Virus record (IMG/VR): IMGVR_UViG_3300029787_000021
Coordinates: 1-64,000 of that record
Length of the DNA: 64,000 nucleotides
DNA from: a virus
Strand: one strand, 5' to 3'
How positions within the stretch are numbered: position 1 is the first letter of the stretch; each line of letters begins with the position of its first letter. The position numbers and the translations under genes are program-made. Of the stretch, positions 1 to 9,755 are shown in pieces. The notes under the pieces were generated by a model. That model was not told where the DNA came from. It ran no database searches and saw only the letters and a list, made by a program, of their open reading frames with translations.

Positions 1-106
1 CTTCAGCTTGATAAGCATCATCTACAATATTAAAATCAAACTCACTAAAAGCATAAGATAATGCTTCACCTAATCCTCTTTCTAAAATAATACTTGATAA
101 TTTCAT
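1..106 (-). CDS. Partial ORF running off the window edge (MKLSSIILERGLGEALSYAFSEFDF...), probable head-internal protein
   Basis: Translated by hand; ATG overlaps the protease stop (TAATG); carries the MKLxxIILE leader seen on other ORFs. Confidence 0.7.
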   Translation of the reverse strand, partial: MKLSSIILERGLGEALSYAFSEFDFNIVDDAYQAE

Positions 107-681
107 TATGCTCTTAGAATATCGTTAATAATACCGTGTACAACTGTTAATTGAGTTACTTTCTTTTTACCCTCATTTAAGGAAATAGGATTCATAAAAG
201 CACCATGTGTAGACGGATTAGAAACGAAATCCCAACATACTAATTCAAAATCAGGTTGTACTTCTAAAGTACCCTCGTTAGTTTGTTGGACTGAGCCTGT
301 ACCTCTAGATGAGATACCTATTGTGTGTCCTGCTTTGATTATTTCTTTGACTATATTTCCGGAAGGAGTATTAAGTAACTCTACTTTACCCATTAAATCA
401 TCCCCATTCCAATATAAGTCTTTAACTATATGTGATGCATTCTTTAAAGATACGACTGGGGATTCAGGATGATCAAGTTCTCCATATGCATTACCGTTCT
501 TTACGAACTCATCCATATATTTTTTAGCTTCTCTTACTAGTATATCTTTTTCGTATACTCTACCATTCTGGTTTTTAGCACCAGCTCTTTGCATTACTCC
601 TTCTACTTCAAAGACTCCAGGTTTTAATTTGGATTCAGTAAGTATAGGATTAAACGGAGTTACATTTACTAATAATGCCAT
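106..681 (-). CDS. Prohead core protease (T4 gp21-like)
   Basis: KNQNGRVY, GELDHP, GISSRGTGS and WDFVSNPS motifs typical of gp21; lies downstream of portal and terminase. Confidence 0.93.
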   Translation of the reverse strand: MALLVNVTPFNPILTESKLKPGVFEVEGVMQRAGAKNQNGRVYEKDILVREAKKYMDEFVKNGNAYGELDHPESPVVSLKNASHIVKDLYWNGDDLMGKVELLNTPSGNIVKEIIKAGHTIGISSRGTGSVQQTNEGTLEVQPDFELVCWDFVSNPSTHGAFMNPISLNEGKKKVTQLTVVHGIINDILRA

Positions 682-687
682 ACTATA

Positions 688-2640
688 TTATTTTTTTTCG
701 TTCATTGGTTTAGAATAAACTATTTGTTTATCTTCTTCCGAAACTCTTTGTTGTCTGATCATATCTTCTTCTTCAGGAGATAATCTTCTAGTTTTAGGTA
801 ATGGTACTTTATCGTAAGATAATCTTTGGTTTGTAAGATCTTTTAAGAATGCGGCTTGTAAAGCAGGTGCTAAATATGAACCAGCTTTTTCGTATGCACT
901 AGCTAATTTATCTCTATGTTTTAAAAAGTCACTTTCTAGAGCTTCTAATACTCCCATTAGTTCTTTTGCAGCTGCTTTAGTTTCAGTATTATACTCACCG
1001 TCCACATATCCCTGTAATCTACCTGTATATGCTTCAGCTAATATATCTTTAATAATAAACTTAAAGTTTTCTTTTAAAGCTCTTAACTTACTTTTATCTC
1101 TACCTTTAAATTTTGAAGGCTCTGATTCTATTTCTTTTTCTCCTCTTCTATTATATCCAGCTAATTCGTTTTTACCCATTGCTTTTTTAATAGCTTTATC
1201 TTTAGCTGCCATATAATCATCACCATCTATATCTCCATCTCCGTCGTGATCTTTTCCTTTCTTTTCTTTAATTTCTATTTCTTCAGAAGTTTCTTTTCTA
1301 TCTGTGCTGCAATGACCTTCGCTTATATCTTTTAAAGTTTTATCAATAGCAATTTTAAAATCTCTCATAGCATCTAAAGCTTCTTTTCTATCACCAGCTT
1401 CCATTGCATCTAACATTCTACCTAAGTGTCTATTCTCTCTGTGGTAATTTACATCTTCGAAAGAAGAATATAATTGTTTTAATTGATCTGTTGGAGAATT
1501 AATTCTAATTCTTAGTCCTGCTCTTAGCATACCATCATAATCAAAATCACTAGACCACATATCTCCTAATTCATAAGATTTAGGATTAAAAGCATTTTGT
1601 TTACCGTAATCTTTAGCTTTAGCCATAAATTCGTCAGACATTTTTTCTTCTATGTCATCTTCTTTAAACATTACGACTTTTTTACCGGTAATAGGATCTT
1701 CTTCATCTGGTAGAGCATCTATATCTTTTACAGACATAGCTCCTATTCCAGGTTCTTTATCTAGTCCTCCTTTGGGCTCTTTTACTAATATACCATTAGC
1801 ATCTGCAAAATCTTCAAATTCATCTGCAATATCTACTCCTCCTAATACGTCATTCCTATGAGTTCTTATAAAGTCCATTATATCTGATTGGTCTACTGAA
1901 GGATATTTTGCTTTAATAGTTTCAATACCTCTTTTAAGTATAGCTTTTAATCTTACATTAGAAGGTTGAGACATACTATTTAATGCATTAAGTATATTTT
2001 CTTTATTATTAATATAAAATTTGTAATCCATTCCCATATTAGTAGCATCATTTGCATTAATACTTCCTAACATATCTTCGAAGCTAATTTGAGCTCCAGC
2101 TTGTCTTGCTTTTATAAACTCGTTAAATATTCTTTCTGCGTAAGCATATATTTTATTTTTTACTGCTCCTTCATCTAATACTTCTTCTTTTAAATCTGCT
2201 TTTTTAAGTCCGTTAAATGAATCTTTATCATTACCTTTTTTATATTCAACAGGTTTATCATGCTTGTCTACTTTTTTACTTTCTCCAGCTATAAGATTTA
2301 AATAATATAATACGTCTTTTCTTAAATTTTTTATAGCTATTTTTTCACACTTATTTTTATCATCAGCAGATGCGGTTACAGAATCAATTCCTTTTTTCTC
2401 CAATTCATAATCGCAGCCTCTTTGTACTGCTTCTGGGGAGAACAGGTGGTCTTTTTCTTCATGTTTATCTTCAAAGAGCATACCTTTGTTTTTTAATATC
2501 TGAACTGTGTCTTTAAATCCGTTGTATTGTGTGATATACATTGGATAAAGTAGACGCATTTGTCTAGTAAATTCAGACTCTGCCATTAAGCCTTGCTTTA
2601 CGGCCTTATGCTTTTCTGTTACTGTTATTTTTCTACTCAT
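688..2640 (-). CDS. Large acidic mosaic protein, probable head-internal/core protein
   Basis: Head module location; many (L/I/M)-x-E sites; EF-hand-like DHDGDGDIDGDD segment. Confidence 0.55.
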   Translation of the reverse strand: MSRKITVTEKHKAVKQGLMAESEFTRQMRLLYPMYITQYNGFKDTVQILKNKGMLFEDKHEEKDHLFSPEAVQRGCDYELEKKGIDSVTASADDKNKCEKIAIKNLRKDVLYYLNLIAGESKKVDKHDKPVEYKKGNDKDSFNGLKKADLKEEVLDEGAVKNKIYAYAERIFNEFIKARQAGAQISFEDMLGSINANDATNMGMDYKFYINNKENILNALNSMSQPSNVRLKAILKRGIETIKAKYPSVDQSDIMDFIRTHRNDVLGGVDIADEFEDFADANGILVKEPKGGLDKEPGIGAMSVKDIDALPDEEDPITGKKVVMFKEDDIEEKMSDEFMAKAKDYGKQNAFNPKSYELGDMWSSDFDYDGMLRAGLRIRINSPTDQLKQLYSSFEDVNYHRENRHLGRMLDAMEAGDRKEALDAMRDFKIAIDKTLKDISEGHCSTDRKETSEEIEIKEKKGKDHDGDGDIDGDDYMAAKDKAIKKAMGKNELAGYNRRGEKEIESEPSKFKGRDKSKLRALKENFKFIIKDILAEAYTGRLQGYVDGEYNTETKAAAKELMGVLEALESDFLKHRDKLASAYEKAGSYLAPALQAAFLKDLTNQRLSYDKVPLPKTRRLSPEEEDMIRQQRVSEEDKQIVYSKPMNEKK

Positions 2641-2860
2641 TGTTTAAATAATCTATAAGTTTCGTACTATACGGTCTTTTCTTTTTTTTTACTTTACTAT
2701 AACCTATGGATTTAGCTTGTTTAGTAGCTCTGTTATCTCTACTGTTCTTACTAAAAGCATGAGGTGTTAAATAACTACCACCAGCACTGCCAGTAGTATT
2801 TGCTTCCTCTAATTCTTGCAACACTTCTTTAACTAATTCTTTAAGTTGACTTAACCTCAT
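2633..2860 (-). CDS. Small hypothetical head-module protein
   Basis: 75 aa; N-terminal MRLSQLKELVKEVLQE leader; overlaps both neighbours. Confidence 0.6.
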   Translation of the reverse strand: MRLSQLKELVKEVLQELEEANTTGSAGGSYLTPHAFSKNSRDNRATKQAKSIGYSKVKKKKRPYSTKLIDYLNNE

Positions 2861-3711
2861 AGGTTCTTCAACTCTTTGATTAGATCATAATATTGCATTA
2901 TGTTAACCAGATGTGTATCAGATACTTTTTCTTTTTTAGAAATAGGTATAATATTTTTTGCTACCTCTTCTAATTTAATCTTTATCACATCATCTTTAAT
3001 ACCAGGTATTAATTTTGTAACTGCCTTAGATATCTTACCTAATTCTTCGTTGATAACATTTCGTAAACGTGTGGTCGAGTTTACTGATGTAATAAACTCT
3101 CTTAAAATATTTTTATGTTCAGGTGAAAAATCTTTATACCTGTCATTAAATTTTTCTAACAATATCTTAAATGTAAGTAATTTTAAATCTTTATCATATT
3201 TAGCAAATTCTTGTATTACTGAATCTTCTACGTCAGCTTTATTTACTATATCTGATGTGAGATGTTCTAAGATAGTTGTTCTGTTATTTACTAAGTAGTC
3301 CGGGTCTACTAGTTGATCGTTATTTTGTGCTTCTAATAAACAGTATAGAGCTGCTAAAGGTTTATAATCTGTTACTTGAATATTAAAAAATTCTTCAATA
3401 TTATAGCTTTTTTTAATTTCTGCTATAAGATGGTATTTTTGTTTTTTTAATGTTTCTTGATTGAGTTTTCTAGATATCTCTGTTATAGTCGATACTATGT
3501 TAGATGCTTTTTGAGTTGATACGTTTTTATTTCTTAAAATAAATTCGTATAATTTAAACTCTTTTGCTAAAGTTGTTTTACCTGTGTAGAATTTTTTAAT
3601 TATTCCTACAGCAGAGGAATCTTTTTTGGATAGAGTATCAGCAGCTATTTGCTTAACAAGTAGCTCAAAGATTAATCCAGTATTCCTAAACTTTGAATGT
3701 TTTATTTTCAT
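2857..3711 (-). CDS. Hypothetical protein between portal and protease
   Basis: 284-aa helical ORF preceded by the TATTTATA motif at 3728-3735. Confidence 0.6.
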   Translation of the reverse strand: MKIKHSKFRNTGLIFELLVKQIAADTLSKKDSSAVGIIKKFYTGKTTLAKEFKLYEFILRNKNVSTQKASNIVSTITEISRKLNQETLKKQKYHLIAEIKKSYNIEEFFNIQVTDYKPLAALYCLLEAQNNDQLVDPDYLVNNRTTILEHLTSDIVNKADVEDSVIQEFAKYDKDLKLLTFKILLEKFNDRYKDFSPEHKNILREFITSVNSTTRLRNVINEELGKISKAVTKLIPGIKDDVIKIKLEEVAKNIIPISKKEKVSDTHLVNIMQYYDLIKELKNL

Positions 3712-3739
3712 TATACACGTTTACTATTATAAATATGGC

Positions 3740-5626
3740 CTAATCGCCTAAATCTTTAATATTGTCTTCCTTAAGTAGATTTGACTCTTTTTTTACGAAA
3801 TCCATAGATTTAAGCGTTTCTTCATTTTTAGCATATATGTTTTTAGTAATAAAGTTTTCATTTACATTTTCATTATCACTTGGAAAGCCACCGTGCATAC
3901 CATGAATACCTAAAGGATCTCTACCTCCTACAGGATTATCATTAGTACCATATACTGAGAATTTTTCAGTTGGTCTACCGCCTTCGGGACCTGGTTCTCC
4001 ATGCTTAGGTGGTGTTTCGTATCCAGGAGGGACTTGTCCTAAACTTCCTCCTTTTTCTGTTGCTGTTGCTCTTCTACCATACATAGAAGCTAAATCATGT
4101 GGAGTACCATAAGATCTGCCAGATTTAGCAGGATCGTTACCTTCTGCCTCTAGTTGAGCTATTCTAAATGCTCTTTTACCATCTTCTCTTACAAGATCTC
4201 TCATTTCATTATACTTATCTTCTGACATATCAAATATATGTTCGTAAATATAATCAGAAGAAAATAGTTTTGAGTCTTTCATTTGATTAGCTAAATCTAT
4301 TTTTTCTTTTAGTAATGCAACTTTTTCTTGTTCGTATATAACTGAAGGTGTGGTTAATTTAATTTCAAAATTAGTTAAAGATTCTCCTTCATATCCTTGA
4401 GAATATAAATGTACTAATGCTATTTTAGTTAACTCAGATTCTAGTATTCTTTGAATTCTTTCTACTGTTCTTGCGAATCTTATATCTTCTGCTGCTAATG
4501 TAGCTTTTCCGGTTAAATCTCCTTCATATCCAAAATAAGCTTTTGGAATTTTAATTGCTGCAAATAACTTATCTCTTAAGTATATAATATCGTTAGTACC
4601 ATCATAGTCTAATCCTTTGGTAGTTTCTATACGAGTAGAAGCATCTCCACCTCTAACAGGTAAGTAGAAGTCTTCCATCATATTTTGCATATTAAACTTA
4701 AGATTATATTGACCAGTATTAGGATCTACATAAGGAGTCTTTTTCATCTGGTTAATAGTCTTCTGCATAAACTGCTCTACTTCATTAGGTGGTATAGAAC
4801 CAACATTTACGTAAAACATTCTTTTTTCTGGTGCTCTCATTATACGATGTATTAACATCGCATCTTCCATTAAATTTAGTTGCTTATAAATTTTTCTAGC
4901 AGGCTCTAAATAAGAACGTCCATAAGGTAGATAAGCAGTATCAGAAAGTAATCTAAAATGAGCTACCTCGTAGTTATCTAATCTAATAACTTTTTTATTA
5001 TTTTTTCTAGGAATATAATTTGGATCATTTGAAGTAGCTAGTCCATCTGGATCAATAGTATATTCTACTTTTGTAGGTTCCTCTTCATCTACTCCTTCAT
5101 GTCTTGCTACGTTATATACTGTATAAGGTAGTACATTATAGACTCCAAATTTTTCTGAAATTTCTAATTTTAAGAAGAAATCTCCATACTTACACATATT
5201 TCTAGTCCATGACCATAAATTAAATTCTATATTTAAAACATCATAAAATAGATTATAAAGTATCCTTTGTATATTTTCATCTGAGGATTTTATTGATAAT
5301 ACTTCTCCTATATCATTTTTTACTGTTGCTTCATCAGAAAGTATATCAAGTGCAGAAGCTAATATGGCATCTGTATCCATAGCTTCATAATCAGAATAAA
5401 GTTGTACTCTTAATGTTTGGTAATTTAAGTTAGGATTATATATGTTTTGCTTATTATTAATGTATAATCTACTAAACCTATCAATTAAAGAGTTAGTCTC
5501 ATATTTACCTGATCTTTGTATTTGGTTGGCATCTATGACTTTTAGTTGATCTCCTCCGATGTTTCTTATTACTACATCGGTAGAAAATAATTTTGTAAGT
5601 CTACCGAAAAGTGATTTATCTGCCAT
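3740..5626 (-). CDS. Portal vertex protein (T4 gp20-like)
   Basis: MEDAMLIHRIMRAPEKRMFYVNVG and NMMEDFYLPVRGG motifs; adjacent to terminase. Confidence 0.95.
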   Translation of the reverse strand: MADKSLFGRLTKLFSTDVVIRNIGGDQLKVIDANQIQRSGKYETNSLIDRFSRLYINNKQNIYNPNLNYQTLRVQLYSDYEAMDTDAILASALDILSDEATVKNDIGEVLSIKSSDENIQRILYNLFYDVLNIEFNLWSWTRNMCKYGDFFLKLEISEKFGVYNVLPYTVYNVARHEGVDEEEPTKVEYTIDPDGLATSNDPNYIPRKNNKKVIRLDNYEVAHFRLLSDTAYLPYGRSYLEPARKIYKQLNLMEDAMLIHRIMRAPEKRMFYVNVGSIPPNEVEQFMQKTINQMKKTPYVDPNTGQYNLKFNMQNMMEDFYLPVRGGDASTRIETTKGLDYDGTNDIIYLRDKLFAAIKIPKAYFGYEGDLTGKATLAAEDIRFARTVERIQRILESELTKIALVHLYSQGYEGESLTNFEIKLTTPSVIYEQEKVALLKEKIDLANQMKDSKLFSSDYIYEHIFDMSEDKYNEMRDLVREDGKRAFRIAQLEAEGNDPAKSGRSYGTPHDLASMYGRRATATEKGGSLGQVPPGYETPPKHGEPGPEGGRPTEKFSVYGTNDNPVGGRDPLGIHGMHGGFPSDNENVNENFITKNIYAKNEETLKSMDFVKKESNLLKEDNIKDLGD

Positions 5627-5654
5627 TCTGTATTTTGTTTATATATAAATAGTT

Positions 5655-7229
5655 CTATTTAAGTAACCATGTAATATCTTCTTCTCCACGGTTACTATCT
5701 ATAATATACGGATTATTTTGCATATATCCAACATTTGTCATAATAGCTTTGTTTCTGCTATTAAGGTTAGTAAATGATGATAATTGTGCTCTTGCTAAGT
5801 CCATACCTTGTTGTCTTAATTTAAGTGCAGTATCTCTTACAAATAAAGCTGTTGCACATGCTATAAGTAAATCGTCATTATAGTTTATTTGAGCTTGAGG
5901 TTTTCCATTTTTCCAAACAAAAACTCTCATTTCTGATAGTAATCTTTTAGATTGTATAGTAACTGATTTCTCTCTAACATACTCTATCATTTTAGCTATT
6001 ACTAAAGGACGAGTTCTCATAGACATAGTAAATCCTGGTACTAGTTTATCTCTTTCATATTTAGACATATATGATTCTACTGTTTCCATATTAGAAGTAG
6101 AGCTGTAGTATAAGTTTTTATACTGTCTTTCCATTATCTGTTCTATTGTAGCCCATCCTATATTGGCATTTTCAACCACTAATAGTGCATCATTATATTC
6201 AGCAGCAATACCAACTAATACATTACCAAAATCTTTAGGAGATAATTTACCTTTATACTCTGCTACTTGGACACACTGTTCAATATCGAATACATGGAAT
6301 GCAGAATAATCAGCACTATCACCTCTAGCTACGTCAGCAACTACCATATAGCTTTTAGTATAATCACATCCTTCCCATATCCACAAATTCCCATCTGCTC
6401 CTCTTCTTTCAACAGGATCTACTTGATAAGTTTTTTCATAGAATAACATATCATCTGGTTCAAAGACTGTATCACCGGAAGCTAAGAAATCACAATCACA
6501 CTCTTGACCGGCCATTCTAGGTCCTAAATCTGCATCTTGTTGTTCTCTCCACTGTTTATCTCTTTCAGGGTGTACTGTCCAAGGTAGTTTAATAGGTAAA
6601 AAACTATTTTCGCCAGTCTCTGCTTTTTCCCAAGTTTGATGAAACCAGTTACCTATACCATTAGGAGTAGATAAAGCCATACATTGACCACCGGTTGCTA
6701 ATGTTTGTTGTGCAGCAGTAAATGTTTCATCGATATTATCTATAAAGGCTGCCTCATCTATTAATAGTAGTGATACTGCTTCTGATCTTGCAGCATCTGC
6801 ATTAGATGATTTTGCAGTTATTTTAGATCCATTTTTTAATCTTAAAGATAGTTTATTTTTTTCTAATGCTGGTAGTTTAATCCATTTAGGTAATTGATCA
6901 TACATAAACATAGTCTTAGTAACTAAGTTACGAGCAGTTGCTTGAGTAGTTGCTAATGCAAGTACGTTTTTATCCTTATGAAATATCATTAACCAAAGAC
7001 TATAAGCAGAAGCTAAAGTTGAAATTCCTAACTGCCTAGACTTTAAGGTAATAATATACTGATGATCTCTAAATAAATGTAAAGCTTTTTCTTGAAAAGG
7101 ATAAAGATTAAATAGAATTCTACCTCTCGTAGGATGCTGTATAAAACAGTACTTACGCATGAAATAGGCTGGATCTTTAGCGCATTTAAGATATTCTTGC
7201 GCTATTATTTTTTTTATGTCTTGTGCCAT
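5655..7229 (-). CDS. terL: Terminase large subunit (T4 gp17-like)
   Basis: LYPFQ Q-motif, Walker A KSRQLGIST, Walker B LLLIDEAAF, STPNG coupling motif, nuclease acidic residues VADVARG and NDDL. Confidence 0.96.
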   Translation of the reverse strand: MAQDIKKIIAQEYLKCAKDPAYFMRKYCFIQHPTRGRILFNLYPFQEKALHLFRDHQYIITLKSRQLGISTLASAYSLWLMIFHKDKNVLALATTQATARNLVTKTMFMYDQLPKWIKLPALEKNKLSLRLKNGSKITAKSSNADAARSEAVSLLLIDEAAFIDNIDETFTAAQQTLATGGQCMALSTPNGIGNWFHQTWEKAETGENSFLPIKLPWTVHPERDKQWREQQDADLGPRMAGQECDCDFLASGDTVFEPDDMLFYEKTYQVDPVERRGADGNLWIWEGCDYTKSYMVVADVARGDSADYSAFHVFDIEQCVQVAEYKGKLSPKDFGNVLVGIAAEYNDALLVVENANIGWATIEQIMERQYKNLYYSSTSNMETVESYMSKYERDKLVPGFTMSMRTRPLVIAKMIEYVREKSVTIQSKRLLSEMRVFVWKNGKPQAQINYNDDLLIACATALFVRDTALKLRQQGMDLARAQLSSFTNLNSRNKAIMTNVGYMQNNPYIIDSNRGEEDITWLLK

Positions 7230-7237
7230 AACTCATT

Positions 7238-8332
7238 TTAGAAATTATAAGACCATCTAGGTAGCCCGTCTTTCATTTCAATTTTAATTTTAGAGCCAAC
7301 TAATTCAATTAACTTATCAGCTTTCACTCTTTGAAAAGCACCACTCTTATCATCTAAGAAAAATACTTCTCCAAATTCTTCATCAGCAATGTACTTATTA
7401 ATTACTTTCTTTGAAAAATGACTTTCTAATTTGTCTGCATCAATTCCGCTACCGCTTTTATATTTTGATAAATTAAACCCTTCAAAATCAATTCCTGGGT
7501 AGGTACTTAATATTGCTCTATTAGCAATTTCTATAGTATCATCAAACCTATCTTTGTTTTGATCTACTACTGCTGCTAATATTTTATTTATTCTATGAAA
7601 AGGTCTTTTACCTTTAGTTACACTAGTATCAATTTTTCTTATTAAAAAGTTGTTAACACCAGATATAATTTTATCAATCATTACTTTATCAGAATTTTTA
7701 CCAAACCCTGCTTTTTGTCCCATAGGAACTGCTCCTCTATTTTTTACTTCAATTCCTAATTCGCCTACAGAGACATCTCCTTTGCCTTTTCCATCACTTG
7801 AAACATCTTGACACATTACGCTTAAGAATACTTCTCCTTTTCCTGTAGCTATATTACCCATAGAAGGTTTAAGATCAAGTAGGTATCTTAAAGTTTCTGT
7901 AGATAATAGGTTTGTAAATTGTTTTGTTAAGTTTCCTCCGCCTTTACCGCTACCTAATGTATCGTAAGTAATCATTTTTCCACCTCTAACATATGAATGA
8001 AAATTTTGAATATCTCCATTATCTACTAAAGTATTGTATATTCTTCTTGAAGTAGCAGCTACTGATTTACCTTTGCTATTTAAATATTCAATTACATCAC
8101 CTTTGTAAGCTACTCCTGATATGCCGTTTAGTATTTGCTTTAAATCATCAGGAGTAAATTTACCATTTTGAATAGCGTCTACTACTTCTTGCTTAGAAAC
8201 TGCTCCATCTGTGTTAGTAAGTTCGTTTATTAGAGATTCTAATATAACCTTATCTTCAGGATTATTAATATTAGGTATTCCTGTTTTGGTTCTCCATGCC
8301 CACTCAGTATATAACTTATCAGTAATTTCCAT
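7238..8332 (-). CDS. Putative PD-(D/E)XK-fold nuclease with a short N-terminal EWAWR helical domain
   Basis: GKGE...GDV...IEVK pattern resembles a restriction-endonuclease-like active site. Confidence 0.45.
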   Translation of the reverse strand: MEITDKLYTEWAWRTKTGIPNINNPEDKVILESLINELTNTDGAVSKQEVVDAIQNGKFTPDDLKQILNGISGVAYKGDVIEYLNSKGKSVAATSRRIYNTLVDNGDIQNFHSYVRGGKMITYDTLGSGKGGGNLTKQFTNLLSTETLRYLLDLKPSMGNIATGKGEVFLSVMCQDVSSDGKGKGDVSVGELGIEVKNRGAVPMGQKAGFGKNSDKVMIDKIISGVNNFLIRKIDTSVTKGKRPFHRINKILAAVVDQNKDRFDDTIEIANRAILSTYPGIDFEGFNLSKYKSGSGIDADKLESHFSKKVINKYIADEEFGEVFFLDDKSGAFQRVKADKLIELVGSKIKIEMKDGLPRWSYNF

Positions 8333-8333
8333 A

Positions 8334-8624
8334 TTAGAATTTATTAAATAAATCTCTTAAAAGAGGTCTAAGTTTAGCATTCTTTTTTAAGTTGTCATTT
8401 ATATTGTCTAATAAAAAATCAAGCATTTTACCTAATTCTTGAGGTGTATTTACTCTTGCAAGATAGTTTTTTAAAGGACCGGCTAATACTTTTTCTAGTT
8501 TTTGAACTTCAGCTGAATCTCCTTTTGCTTGATCAGTAGGGGATTGTACTGCTGTACCTTGTGGTTCATTTTGCTCTACTTCTTGTAGAGGTTTCAATGT
8601 TATAATTTGACCTAGTTTTATCAT
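8334..8624 (-). CDS. Hypothetical protein
   Basis: 96-aa ORF in the operon; MIKLGQII leader. Confidence 0.55.
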   Translation of the reverse strand: MIKLGQIITLKPLQEVEQNEPQGTAVQSPTDQAKGDSAEVQKLEKVLAGPLKNYLARVNTPQELGKMLDFLLDNINDNLKKNAKLRPLLRDLFNKF

Positions 8625-8635
8625 AGTTGTTAGTT

Positions 8636-9754
8636 TTATGCTTCAGGTTCTTCACCTGGTTCTTCAAAATCTATTTCTTCTCCTCCTAAATCAGCTCCTA
8701 AATCAGCTCCTCCACCTTCTTCATCTCCTCCACCAAATTCATCACCACCTTCATCTCCGCCGCCGAACTCATCACCTCCACCAGCATCATCTCCTCCAGG
8801 AAAGTCTCCTCCTCCTCCGCCACCACCTCCGGTGTCGGTATCAGCAGGTTCTCCTGTTCCAGCTCCATCCATTGGACCTTCTTTATATAGTATAGATAAT
8901 TTATCTAATGCTTGTTGGTATTCACTAATTTTATCAATAAAGTATCTTTTACCCATTATTTCAGCTTGAAAAGATTTACCTGTCCATTTTAAAATATAAT
9001 CTTGTCCATTTTTTAAGTTTATTCTAAATGAACTTGGACGTGGTGAAATCCAATCAATAGTATCTACAAATTCTTTAAAATCTTCTGTTTGTAGTTTTAC
9101 TATAGCAGCTTGTAAGGTAGGGAATTTGCTAAGTATAGTATCTGTAGCATCTTCTAATACAGTTTCTTTTGGTGCGTCTGGATCTCCTGGTTGTTGTGGT
9201 TTAGGATCTTTAGCATTAACTTCAGCTAGCATATCAGGGTTAGGATATTTTTTCATTATACCTTCTAGTGCTACCTCCATAATACGTCTAGACTTCATCA
9301 TTGCATATTGATCAGGTCGCTCAGTTCTTAAATATCTCTGTAATTTTCTAAAATTAGTTTTTATTAACTCGAATAACTCTCTAGCTGCTTTATCTTTTCT
9401 TACATCAGCATTATTCATTAATTTTTTAATATCTAATATTATATCTGAATAGTCTTGATATAGATTTTCAAATGATGGTAGTTTAATTATTTTATGAGAA
9501 ATAGACCCTGTTGTTTTATTTTGACTGGTAAACTTAAAGTAAGTATCTCCATCGTTGGAAATAAAATCTTTATCCATATTTACTTTACCGTATCTGTCTT
9601 CTAATCCTTTTATAAATGATTTAGGATAATCTTTTAGTTTACGAGTATCAGGATCAGATTCAGGATCAATTGCATCTTCTTTTACTTCGTTTTGCTCAAT
9701 TAATACTTCTTGATATGCTTCGGCAATAATATCTTTTATATCTTTTATTTTCAT
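8636..9754 (-). CDS. Hypothetical protein with a Gly/Asp/Glu low-complexity C-terminal tail
   Basis: MKIKDIKDIIAE leader; GGGDEFGGGDE repeats at about 8640-8870. Confidence 0.6.
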   Translation of the reverse strand: MKIKDIKDIIAEAYQEVLIEQNEVKEDAIDPESDPDTRKLKDYPKSFIKGLEDRYGKVNMDKDFISNDGDTYFKFTSQNKTTGSISHKIIKLPSFENLYQDYSDIILDIKKLMNNADVRKDKAARELFELIKTNFRKLQRYLRTERPDQYAMMKSRRIMEVALEGIMKKYPNPDMLAEVNAKDPKPQQPGDPDAPKETVLEDATDTILSKFPTLQAAIVKLQTEDFKEFVDTIDWISPRPSSFRINLKNGQDYILKWTGKSFQAEIMGKRYFIDKISEYQQALDKLSILYKEGPMDGAGTGEPADTDTGGGGGGGGDFPGGDDAGGGDEFGGGDEGGDEFGGGDEEGGGADLGADLGGEEIDFEEPGEEPEA

Positions 9755-9755
9755 A

